Source: an uncultured Rhodospirillaceae bacterium (GTDB lineage: Bacteria > Pseudomonadota > Alphaproteobacteria > UBA9219). From it: a DNA stretch of 63,884 nucleotides. The position numbers were made by a program, and so were the translations under genes. Within the stretch, counting starts at the first letter, position 1, and the number at the start of each line of letters is the position of its first letter. The DNA lies in NCBI GenBank assembly GCA_964652235.1, contig CAZZDK010000012.1, positions 1-63,884 of the forward strand, given 5' to 3'. Below, piece by piece: positions 1 to 8,109 of the stretch. The notes beneath the pieces were generated by a model. It was given only the letters and a program-made list of their open reading frames with translations. It was not told the DNA's origin and searched no databases.

Positions 1-42
1 GCCGTCGCCCTCGTCGCTGCCCTTTATTGGATCAAATTGTGA
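1..42 (+). CDS. 3' end of a probable host gene entering from the left (AVALVAALYWIKL*)
   Basis: Open frame 1 to TGA at 40-42 with host-like codons (GCC GTC GCC CTC GTC); only 13 codons visible. Confidence 0.3.
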   Translation, partial: AVALVAALYWIKL

Positions 43-211
43 GTCCAGACCCTAGGGTTTCTTTTTCCAAGAGAACTGCATTTAACTTTTCTTGGCTTTC
101 AATAAGTGATTTTTGGCGCTCGTTGAATTTCGTTGTTGTCCATGTTGCATAACCCGAAAGAAGTAGAGCAATTAATGCTATCCCATTTTCTGCATCAATT
201 TGAAAGGCCAT
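32..211 (-). pseudogene. Probably truncated membrane-anchored hypothetical protein
   Basis: TGATG coupling to the upstream Zn-ribbon gene; N-terminal TM plus coiled coil, ends after ~59 aa across the composition junction. Confidence 0.45.
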
Positions 212-492
212 CACTTAATCCTTATGTTTTTGCTGCCACGAAATGCCTTTGCCAAAGTATCCTTAAGTTCCTTAGCAAGGTCTTCAGTTATTTTCTTTCC
301 CATTTCTTTAACGTGTTCCGAAATATTCTCACTATTTTCATGGATTAGATCGTCTTTTGTCATAACCCTTTTGCAGGCGGCACATTTTGTTAGCTCAATT
401 GTTTCGTCAACACCCTTTTCGGTTTCAAACAGGGTTCCTCCGCAAGTGGGGCATAACAAACTTACGGCTTTGTTGTATTTCTCTGTATCCAT
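211..492 (-). CDS. Small zinc-ribbon protein (ECs_2282-like)
   Basis: CPTCGG...CAAC motifs and helical C-terminus ending FRGSKNIRIK; AGAGG RBS before ATG at 492. Confidence 0.7.
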   Translation of the reverse strand: MDTEKYNKAVSLLCPTCGGTLFETEKGVDETIELTKCAACKRVMTKDDLIHENSENISEHVKEMGKKITEDLAKELKDTLAKAFRGSKNIRIK

Positions 493-613
493 TGTTGCCC
501 TCTTTTTGAATGGCAAAACTGCCGTTTATGGCGAATCTGGCTATATTTTCTGCTTTAACTTTATATTTTACAAGACACCATTCTTCTATGAATCAAGCCA
601 TTTTCTTGAATAG

Positions 614-642
614 TTGACTTATTGGCCGCAAATCCCCATTCT
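614..642 (+). promoter_or_regulatory. Putative sigma70 promoter for C4-like cassette 1
   Basis: TTGACT-17 bp-CATTCT, 7 nt before the first hairpin. Confidence 0.5.
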
Positions 643-649
643 CCTCTCA

Positions 650-842
650 GAGGCGGCAAAAAACCGTCTTCGGGGTGTAGTAACCTCTCCAACAGCGGTG
701 CTTTGTGTTGCCGTTACCAACACTGCCCTCAGCCTATGGCTGGGAGGCAGTGGCGCATGTCCAAGCCTCACGGCTAAAGGCCATTGCAGTCGTCTGTTGG
801 CGATTTACTAACTCCCAGCCACCAGAGGTTTCCCCTCTGGTC
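650..842 (+). ncRNA. C4-type antisense RNA cassette (upstream target boxes plus antisense RNA), copy 1
   Basis: TAGTAA (678-683) complementary to TTACTA (805-810); CCAACAG (689-695) complementary to CTGTTGG (794-800); stems GGCTGGGAG/CTCCCAGCC and GCAGTGGC/GCCATTGC; homologous to 13656-13860. Confidence 0.75.
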
Positions 843-875
843 GGCTTACCTCTTTGGGTCTGGCTGGGGGATTGC

Positions 876-2474
876 GTGAGGAAAATTTCATATTTAGACG
901 GGCTGCGGGGTTTTGCCGCGCTTCAAGTTGTTTTGGTTCATTACCTTTCCGTTTTTCTCCCTTCTGAGAATTGCAGCCCCTTTTGGTTTTGCTGGCAACA
1001 ATGGATGCGGGAACGGTTTTTGTTCTTTCCCGTTGATGGCCTGATGGCTGTTTCCCTGTTTTTTGTCCTGAGCGGCTATGTCCTTACAAAATCCTTTGCA
1101 CAGACGCGGGACAAGCCTTTCCGCAACATATTCAAACGCTGGGCGCGGTTGCAAATTCCCGTTTTCTTTGCCCTTGCGCTGGCCTTTGGCTTGTTTTCTC
1201 TTTTTGGCTTTGTCCATCATGAAGCCGTTATCTTGAACAATAGCCAGAATTATGCGCGGCAATTTTGGGCTATCTCACCAACCTTTGAAAGCCTCTTGCA
1301 GGAGGCCTTTTCTGACTCTCTCCTGACGGGCTATCAAAACAGCTCCCTTTTCATCGGATTTGGCGGGGATTTCTTTTCAAGCGCCCAAACCTTAAGCCCT
1401 GCCTTTTGGAGCCTGAACATTGAGTTTTGGGGTTCCATGCTCATCATTTTATTGGCTTATCTGCGCCCCTATATCCTGCCGCATTTTATCACCATCATGC
1501 TTTGCTTTCTGTTTTTCCCGATGCACAATTTAATCCTTTTTGTTGCGGGGCATCTTCTGGCCTGTGCCACGGAAGGGGAAGAAAAAGAGCCGCCTTTATC
1601 TACGCACCTGACCCGAAACATTGGCGGCTCGGCCTTGGTTCTTTTTGGCGTTCTTATCAGCGTGTGGCGAGAGGATGCTATTTCAGAAAATGTCTTTTTT
1701 GCGCTGAACAGCCTAACCTATTTTCCGGCGCAGTCGCCATTTCATTTTGCTGGGATGGTTGCCGCGCTGTTTATCTTCCTTGGCGTGTTTATATCCCCAT
1801 GGTTCCACGCGCTCTTTAATCTCGCGCCGTTTCAAAAACTGGGGTGGATTTCTTTCGGCCTCTTTCTTTTGCATTTTCCAATTTTGCTGACAGTCACGGC
1901 TTTTCTGCAAGTTCATTTGCATCAGCTTTTGGGTTATGGCGCGGGGGCGGTCATATCCGCCAGCCTTGGGCTTGTGGTCACATTCAGAATCGCCGCCACA
2001 TTCACCAAATGGGTTGATGCGCCAGCCATCCGCTTGAGCCGATATATCGGCGGCAATCAGGAGGCCGCAAAGCCAGAGGAACAACCACCGCGCACAGCCT
2101 ATCAAAAGAAAGGGCTGATGAGGCCAAATGAGCAAGAATTTTTCGGACGGCTAACCCGCGCCTTGCCCGAATATCATATTTTTTCTCAAGTTGCCCTTAA
2201 CGCTCTGCTTGATGCTAAAGAAGGCTTGCATTGGCGTGATAGACTCATAACCAGAAATCATTTTGATCGGAAGATTGCCGATTACGTCATTTGCGCCCGT
2301 CAGACTTTTGACGTGGTTGCCATCGTGGAATTGGACGACATAACGCACGATACGGAAAAAGACGAAAAGCGTGATGCCATGCTCAAAGAAGCGGGTTATC
2401 GGATCATCCGTTATCAGTCACGGGCAAAGCCGACAGAAAAAGAAATTGCGGCTGCGTTTGCTTCTCCCGCCTAA
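876..2474 (+). CDS. Acyltransferase-3 (OafA/Oac-like) fused to a C-terminal DUF2726-like domain
   Basis: LDGLRGFAAL, VSLFFVLSGY, WSLNIEF motifs and many TMs; C-terminal ADYVIC...IVELDD.TH...D..RD..L..AG; GTG start at 876 after GGGGG. Confidence 0.85.
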   Translation: MRKISYLDGLRGFAALQVVLVHYLSVFLPSENCSPFWFCWQQWMRERFLFFPVDGLMAVSLFFVLSGYVLTKSFAQTRDKPFRNIFKRWARLQIPVFFALALAFGLFSLFGFVHHEAVILNNSQNYARQFWAISPTFESLLQEAFSDSLLTGYQNSSLFIGFGGDFFSSAQTLSPAFWSLNIEFWGSMLIILLAYLRPYILPHFITIMLCFLFFPMHNLILFVAGHLLACATEGEEKEPPLSTHLTRNIGGSALVLFGVLISVWREDAISENVFFALNSLTYFPAQSPFHFAGMVAALFIFLGVFISPWFHALFNLAPFQKLGWISFGLFLLHFPILLTVTAFLQVHLHQLLGYGAGAVISASLGLVVTFRIAATFTKWVDAPAIRLSRYIGGNQEAAKPEEQPPRTAYQKKGLMRPNEQEFFGRLTRALPEYHIFSQVALNALLDAKEGLHWRDRLITRNHFDRKIADYVICARQTFDVVAIVELDDITHDTEKDEKRDAMLKEAGYRIIRYQSRAKPTEKEIAAAFASPA

Positions 2475-3391
2475 TGCAAGGTGTGCGCGGCTGGTTTTCT
2501 GCCACGCGGCGCGGGCGTTTTCGGCGCTGCGGGGGTGGCATAAGAAGCCTTAAATTTGCTGATAAGCGCCTCTTTTTCCGCTTCACGGATTGACTTGTCA
2601 CGCAACACTTTCTGATGCGCGGGGCTTTTCGCCACAGGCGTTCCCATGAAAATCTGATCGTATTGATAAAGCTCTTTCCGATCCAGATAATCCGCATAAA
2701 TGTCGGCGTCTTTTTCTTTTCTTGCTTTGTGTAGTCTTTGGCGCAATTCGGCCAAGCAAATGGCGCGATAAACCCTTTCATAGTTTCCGCTTGCATAAAT
2801 CTTGCGGTATTTGTCAATGGAAACGCCGTTAATGCTCTCAATATCTTTGTTGGCAAGCAGTTCGGCAACGAGCGTTGCGGCCTCAACAGGAAATAGGCTG
2901 CGGTCGCACATACCGTGCATTTCTGTCTCACAGAAAACGCGGTCACGCTCCCCGCCACAAACGCATGTTTGAACGTCGCCAGACGCTGTGCGGATAAAGA
3001 GGGCTGAGGCAAAAGCGGTGATTTCCTTGGTGTCCGCTTTGAATTGATCTTCGTTAAATACGCCTGTCGTCGTATCTGTATGGACTTCTTTAAACCAGTC
3101 ATACAGTCTGTTTGTTACAAACAGAAAATCACCGATGGGCGTGTCATCAAGCCTTATTGCATCCCATTCTTTTGATTGTCCGTCGGCTCGTTTTGAATTT
3201 CTTATTCTTGCGCCGATGGTCGGTCGGGGCTTCGTCGGTGTTTCTTCCAAATATTTTGAATTTGGCCCCGTATAAAGCTGGATGCGGCCATCATGCGGGA
3301 ATGCTTTTTCTAAACCGCCAAGTCTGACGATTTCCTTGAGAATAAGGTCAAAAATTTCTTTTGGGGTTGTTTTTCCCTCAAACATAATCAT
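2471..3391 (-). CDS. Putative NAD(P)+ glycohydrolase toxin (Tox-ARC/Tne2-like fold)
   Basis: Ordered motifs LYTG, LDDTPIG, AS..F...ASGDV, RVF.ETE, L.NKDIESING resemble the Tox-ARC pattern. Confidence 0.55.
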   Translation of the reverse strand: MIMFEGKTTPKEIFDLILKEIVRLGGLEKAFPHDGRIQLYTGPNSKYLEETPTKPRPTIGARIRNSKRADGQSKEWDAIRLDDTPIGDFLFVTNRLYDWFKEVHTDTTTGVFNEDQFKADTKEITAFASALFIRTASGDVQTCVCGGERDRVFCETEMHGMCDRSLFPVEAATLVAELLANKDIESINGVSIDKYRKIYASGNYERVYRAICLAELRQRLHKARKEKDADIYADYLDRKELYQYDQIFMGTPVAKSPAHQKVLRDKSIREAEKEALISKFKASYATPAAPKTPAPRGRKPAAHTLH

Positions 3392-3405
3392 GGCGCGTAC
3401 TCCCC

Positions 3406-3870
3406 TTAGCGAGGTTGCGCGTCTGATTTTATCTGCGGGTGTGATCCCGCATCCTCTATTGGTCGTGGGGGATAAAAGCGGATAAGTTCACGCTTGAATG
3501 AAACTGGGGAACCTTGTTTTGCGGCCTCAGCATCTTTCTTTATCAAGGCCTCAAATTGTCTCACGAGCACGTCATGATCTTCAACAGTCAGCGGGTGGGA
3601 TACCAAATCAACAACTGTATTAGGTTGCCCATGTCCAGACCGTTCAGATAAGTCCACAGTAAACTTGCAATAATAAGCTTCTCTTAAGTCATGAACGTAT
3701 ACCGTGACACCGTTTTCTTTTCTTGTGCTGCTAGGGGCATAAACCTCACGGCCATGGATGCGGTAAACAACCCCACCAGGGCGCACGCCATGTTCAACAA
3801 CTTCAATTTCTCGTTCGGTCTGTGCCACAGAGAAAAACCCTAAAATCTTTTTGATAACTGACTTCAGCAT
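3406..3870 (-). CDS. Putative immunity protein (Imm74-like)
   Basis: 14 bp upstream of the putative toxin on the same strand; GGVVYRIHGREV...VYV...PLT.ED...LV pattern. Confidence 0.4.
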   Translation of the reverse strand: MLKSVIKKILGFFSVAQTEREIEVVEHGVRPGGVVYRIHGREVYAPSSTRKENGVTVYVHDLREAYYCKFTVDLSERSGHGQPNTVVDLVSHPLTVEDHDVLVRQFEALIKKDAEAAKQGSPVSFKRELIRFYPPRPIEDAGSHPQIKSDAQPR

Positions 3871-4011
3871 AGCGTCCCCCTGTGGGCTGGTAAAATGATT
3901 TCGTGGCCTGTTAATTGTTGCGCGTTGCGCTAAATTCCTTTTCGTCTGCTAACGGATGATAGCAAAAATCCGGCCTCAAAACAATTTTGTTATTAGTTTC
4001 AATGGCTTAGC

Positions 4012-4026
4012 TTAACCATTTGTTAA
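4012..4026. promoter_or_regulatory. CtrA-type box TTAA-N7-TTAA
   Basis: TTAA CCATTTG TTAA; TTAACCAT half-sites recur at 4084 and 4444. Confidence 0.5.
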
Positions 4027-4149
4027 TAAATAGAGCCTGTTAACTCTTTTATTCAACAAAAGCGCAGGGTTGAGAATTTTCTCTTAACCATGTTGCCGCT
4101 GTCCCGCTGGTGACGGTAGAGGGAAGCGGGTGCCGTTCAGGGCTTCTTT

Positions 4150-4425
4150 CACGAAGACAAGGGCGGACTATCCGCAAAGGCTGGCAGTGCAGTAGCCTCA
4201 CGCCGTCCCTTGCCCGCGCTTGCGCGGGTCGGCGGGTTCATCCCCGCCGAGGACGTGAGGCGTTGTCCCGATGGTGACGCAAGCGCCGTCCCGATCTCTC
4301 CGCAAGGGCGATGTTTCCGCGTTGGAGCTTCCCGCCGCGCCCGACGCTCAGGGCTCCCGCCCGCGAGGGCGGGATGAGCGGAGGAGCGGCGGAACAGACC
4401 CCCCGTGTCTATAACATGGGGGGTC
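4150..4425 (+). other. Putative rolling-circle origin/oriT: GC-rich hairpin cluster plus Rep_trans/MOB_T-type nick hairpin
   Basis: GACCCCCCGTGT-CTATA-ACATGGGGGGTC (4397-4425) resembles the Tn916/ICEBs1 CCCCCC...TAACAGGGGGG nic hairpins; several small hairpins upstream. Confidence 0.7.
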
Positions 4426-4460
4426 ACAGATACATTCTTCCTCTTAACCATCAAAAAACA

Positions 4461-4490
4461 TTGACAGAGGACATTCTCTGTCCTTATGGT
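4461..4490 (+). promoter_or_regulatory. sigma70 promoter with a dyad operator in the spacer; probably leaderless transcript
   Basis: TTGACA-18 bp-TATGGT; AGGACA-N5-TGTCCT in the spacer; ATG 6 nt after the -10. Confidence 0.65.
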
Positions 4491-4496
4491 GCCGCC

Positions 4497-5030
4497 ATGA
4501 CTGATGAAACATACACACTCAACGAAGTTGCTGTGCGTCTGAGCCTTTCAAAGAAGGATCAGGCCGTTGCGCTGCTCACGCGCAAGGTCAAGCATTGGAC
4601 AAATTATGATTTACTGAACACGATTGGGGAGAAGCACACGGGCACGGGGCGCAATCGGCAGTATAAACGAGATGAGGTTATTTGTGCCGCTTATCTCAAC
4701 GAGCTTTCAAAGTTTGGCCTCACCATCGGCGGCCTAAAAGATTTTCGTGAAGAGTATGACAAGTGGATGAAAAGCGCCTCCAAGCGTAAACTGTTGCAAG
4801 GCGGAGCGACCGAAGATGATGACGGCATTTATAAAGGGGAAATCGGCGGCTATATCCTTTATCAAGGCTGGTCTGGCGACGATGAGACTAACGGGAAGTT
4901 CCTGTTCGTTGATGATCGGTTCTTGCAGCAGAAACTTTTGGGGCAGTTCCCGCCTGACATGAAACCGCAATATTTTGCCAGCGTCCTGCTTTTGAACTGC
5001 CAAGAAATCGTTGAGCGCCTAAAACTCTAA
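4497..5030 (+). CDS. MerR-like winged-HTH regulator
   Basis: YTLNEVA...RKVKHW...LL...GTGRNRQY pattern. Confidence 0.65.
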   Translation: MTDETYTLNEVAVRLSLSKKDQAVALLTRKVKHWTNYDLLNTIGEKHTGTGRNRQYKRDEVICAAYLNELSKFGLTIGGLKDFREEYDKWMKSASKRKLLQGGATEDDDGIYKGEIGGYILYQGWSGDDETNGKFLFVDDRFLQQKLLGQFPPDMKPQYFASVLLLNCQEIVERLKL

Positions 5031-5061
5031 CCCCTTTTTTTTAATCTAGCGAGGTCACAGG

Positions 5062-6150
5062 ATGTCCACTAACCACGACACAACTTTTAATTTCCTGACG
5101 CAAGGCGTGGATACGATGGAAGTCTGCTATTATCTTGATACACACAAGCCAGCTTTCAGCTTTGAAAAGCTGGCTGCCATGCGTGACGGCATAGATCGGC
5201 GCAAAGAGAAAGACGGGAAAAAAATCACGCTCGGAGGGAGAGATTTTCTGCTTAAGGCTGGCGGCACGTCTTCCGGCTTCCCTTTCATGATCCGAGATAA
5301 TGATTTTATCATTCAATTTGGCGAGTTCAACAATCCGGCTTTCAGCGTCAAATTCCTAAGCCGTTCTCTCTGGCATAAAGGCTATCGTGCCATGCACAAA
5401 GAGTTTTTGCATTGGGCAATAGCCCTGAACCTTATACCGAGAAAACGAGAGACTCTTTCCCGTGTTGATCTCTGCTTGGATTATGAGCTTATCAATAAGG
5501 ATTTTTGGGAAGAAAACTTTGTTTCCAGCTTTCACAGAGATTGCAAGTTTCGGAGCTTTGGGGAAGACGAAACATATAAATTTGGCGTTGGAACCTGTGT
5601 GCGTGTTTATAACAAATCCGCTGAGATTAAAAACAAAAGCAAAAAGACTTGGTTTTATTCCATCTGGAATGGCCTGATTAATAATGTTTGGCGCATTGAA
5701 TGGCAACTTAACAACGATTATCTCAAAAAGCGTGGTGTCCGAACTCTTGATGATTTTGAAAAATCTATAGGCTTTGTCCTTGGCCTCTTGTGTGAATATC
5801 ACACGTCGTTGCGCACCGTAACTTCCGACACCAACCGCTCACGTTGGCCTGTGCATCCGCTTTGGCTGGATGCGCAGGAGCGGTTCTCCACTTTGGGAAT
5901 GCAACCCATCAAAGCAGCTTCAAGGCTTCGGGATCACTATCCCGAAAGAGTTCAAGGCATAATTGTCAGCATGATGGGGAATGTAAAAGCCGTCGCTGCG
6001 TTAACCAGCGTCTATGACGACACGCCGCCACAGGGATTTCAGCAAACGCTAACGAATATCAATGGGCAATTGCGCCGGATTTACGACCCTCTTTCTTGGC
6101 AAGAAGATGTGCAAAAGAAAATGGATAAATTGAGGTTGGCCGATGTCTGA
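5062..6150 (+). CDS. Rep_trans-family replication initiator/relaxase
   Basis: GVDT, SRVDLCLD, RVYNKSAE (catalytic Tyr motif), VWRIEWQL. Confidence 0.8.
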   Translation: MSTNHDTTFNFLTQGVDTMEVCYYLDTHKPAFSFEKLAAMRDGIDRRKEKDGKKITLGGRDFLLKAGGTSSGFPFMIRDNDFIIQFGEFNNPAFSVKFLSRSLWHKGYRAMHKEFLHWAIALNLIPRKRETLSRVDLCLDYELINKDFWEENFVSSFHRDCKFRSFGEDETYKFGVGTCVRVYNKSAEIKNKSKKTWFYSIWNGLINNVWRIEWQLNNDYLKKRGVRTLDDFEKSIGFVLGLLCEYHTSLRTVTSDTNRSRWPVHPLWLDAQERFSTLGMQPIKAASRLRDHYPERVQGIIVSMMGNVKAVAALTSVYDDTPPQGFQQTLTNINGQLRRIYDPLSWQEDVQKKMDKLRLADV

Positions 6151-6325
6151 CGGAAATCTTGTTTTGAGCCTTGTTTACAGGAACGGGGCACGTCCGGCAG
6201 AAATCCAGTTGCTTTTGTCGTGTTTATCCGAGATTCTTAAGGAAATGCAGTTTGCAGAAAGTGAAGATGAAAATGAGAGTAGCTCTTTATGCCCGTGTGT
6301 CAACGACACGCCAAGCGGAGAATGA
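6143..6325 (+). CDS. Small protein overlapping the recombinase start (candidate directionality factor)
   Basis: Overlaps both the rep stop and the recombinase start; function inferred from position only. Confidence 0.4.
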   Translation: MSDGNLVLSLVYRNGARPAEIQLLLSCLSEILKEMQFAESEDENESSSLCPCVNDTPSGE

Positions 6326-7862
6326 ATTATCCATTCCCGACCAGTTGCGCCAAATGCGTGAATGGTGCAAGCGCAACGGGCATATCGTCGCCCATGAATA
6401 TGTAGAGGCTGGCGCAACCGCGACGGATGACAAGAGGCCGGAGTTTCAAGAAATGATTGCGGCAGGAGTGGAAAAACACGCTCCTTTTCAGGCGGTCATT
6501 GTCCATAGCTATTCTCGTTTCTTCCGTGATCTGGCGCAAGCCGTTTTCTATGAACGTCGGTTGAATAAGTCGGGGGTTGATCTTGTTTCTATCACACAGG
6601 AAACAGGCAACGATCCGATGGGGCAGCTTTTCCGCCATTTGGTCATGATGTTTGACGAATACCAAAGCAAAGAAAACGCCAAGCACACCTTGCGCGGCAT
6701 GAATGAAAATGCGCGGCAGGGATATTTTAACGGGGCTAAAGCCCCCTTTGGCTATCGGACAATTGATGCGGGACGCACGGGCGCACATGGGCGGCTGAAA
6801 AAGAAACTGGATATTGATCCCGCCGAGGCCGAGATTGTTCGGGAAATCTTTACACTCTACGTCCACGGCAAAGACGCGCCGCGTATTGGCATGAAAGAAA
6901 TTGCCAAAAACCTAAACGAACGCGGCCTTCTTATGCGCGGCAAACTCTGGCGCACTCAAAAGGTTTTTGAGGTGCTTTCCAGTCTCACATATATGGGCTT
7001 GCACGTCTTTAACAAGACGGACAGCAGGACGCGGCGGATCAAGCCGGAAAGTGACTGGATCAAGGTTCCTGTTCCTGCTGTCATTGATCTGGCTCTTTTT
7101 GAACAAGCAACCAAGCTGCGCGGCGCGTTCTCTCCCAAGCGGTGTGCTCCGCGTCGTGAAACGTCCTCAACACTTTTGACAGGCATTTTGAAGTGTGATT
7201 GCTGCGGTTCTGGCATGACCATCACCACGGGCAAAGGCGGGCGCTATAAATATTACAAATGCACCAACCGCATGAGCAAGGGCAATGCCTCTTGCCCCTC
7301 CCGTAACATTCCCGCCGATAAGCTGGATGGGCTTGTTTTGGATGCCTTCCGGCAGAAGGTCTGTGCCCCTGATTATTTGAAGGGGCTGCTTAACGACCTC
7401 CGCGCCGAAATGGATAAGGGCGGTGGGGCAGATAAAGGACGGATCAAAAAACTTGAAGCCGAGATTAAAAAAGTTGAGCAAGCCCAAAACCGTCTCATTG
7501 ATGCGGTTGCCTCTGGCGTATTAGATAAAGATATGGTCGGAGATAAGGCGCACCAGAACAAAGCCCGAAAAGAAAGCCTCCTTCTTGAAATTGCCGCCCT
7601 TAAGCGCAAACAACAAATGCCGCTAGCCGTTATCTCTCCCCAGAAGATAGATGCCTTCACCCGCGTGATCCGCGACCGCCTGACGGAGCCTTCCGCGTTC
7701 TCCCGCGCCTATCTTAAGGCCGCTGTCGGTGAAATCAGGATAAGGGACGACGAAATGACGATCCGAGGCTCTCGGTCGTCTATGGTGGGTCTTATTTCAA
7801 ATGGAGGTCATATTAACGTGGGCGAAGTGCCCACATTCATACAGGAATGGCGTCCCCGATAG
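6267..7862 (+). CDS. Large serine recombinase (integrase)
   Basis: YARVST catalytic Ser, SRF.R, APFGY, Zn ribbon CDCCG...YYKC...C, coiled coil. Confidence 0.95.
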   Translation: MKMRVALYARVSTTRQAENELSIPDQLRQMREWCKRNGHIVAHEYVEAGATATDDKRPEFQEMIAAGVEKHAPFQAVIVHSYSRFFRDLAQAVFYERRLNKSGVDLVSITQETGNDPMGQLFRHLVMMFDEYQSKENAKHTLRGMNENARQGYFNGAKAPFGYRTIDAGRTGAHGRLKKKLDIDPAEAEIVREIFTLYVHGKDAPRIGMKEIAKNLNERGLLMRGKLWRTQKVFEVLSSLTYMGLHVFNKTDSRTRRIKPESDWIKVPVPAVIDLALFEQATKLRGAFSPKRCAPRRETSSTLLTGILKCDCCGSGMTITTGKGGRYKYYKCTNRMSKGNASCPSRNIPADKLDGLVLDAFRQKVCAPDYLKGLLNDLRAEMDKGGGADKGRIKKLEAEIKKVEQAQNRLIDAVASGVLDKDMVGDKAHQNKARKESLLLEIAALKRKQQMPLAVISPQKIDAFTRVIRDRLTEPSAFSRAYLKAAVGEIRIRDDEMTIRGSRSSMVGLISNGGHINVGEVPTFIQEWRPR

Positions 7863-7924
7863 GATTCGAACCTACGGCCCCAAGTTTAGGAAACTTGTGC
7901 TCTATCCAACTGAGCTACGGGGAC
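7848..7924 (-). tRNA. tRNA-Arg(CCT)
   Basis: GTCCCCG acceptor stem, CAAGT-TTCCTAA-ACTTG anticodon arm, GTTCGAATC, encoded CCA. Confidence 0.97.
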
Positions 7925-7992
7925 TTGTCCATTTTTGTGCCACCAAAAGGAGGCGTAACGGCCTAAAATACAGGCCAAAACTTGCGAAAGCG

Positions 7993-8021
7993 TTTATGCC
8001 TCATTCCAGCGCGGCCTGCAA
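7993..8021 (-). promoter_or_regulatory. Putative promoter of the intact tRNA-Arg
   Basis: Minus strand TTGCAG-17 bp-CATAAA; shares TGAGGCATAAA with the promoter at 16442-16470. Confidence 0.6.
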
Positions 8022-8109
8022 GTAAATCGGCGAATTCGGAGGCTTTTCTGCTTTTTGGTATAGGGTTACGCTTCACTATAACGAAAGACACGGGAGACGG
8101 GGCCTGTCG

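Larger units (their letters stand above)
50..7862. mobile_element. Element 1: integrative element with Rep_trans initiator/relaxase and serine recombinase, inserted at the tRNA-Arg 3' end; left end apparently eroded
   Basis: HTH-rep-small ORF-recombinase module abutting the tRNA CCA end; more AT-rich than the backbone; left boundary approximate. Confidence 0.75.

Noticed and set aside
705-875. ORF-track N-terminal extensions (705, 4311, 6171, 20892, 36908, 59191) and ORFs across the C4-like RNAs
   Set aside because: They overlap RNA elements, promoters or other genes; downstream starts fit RBS or domain boundaries better
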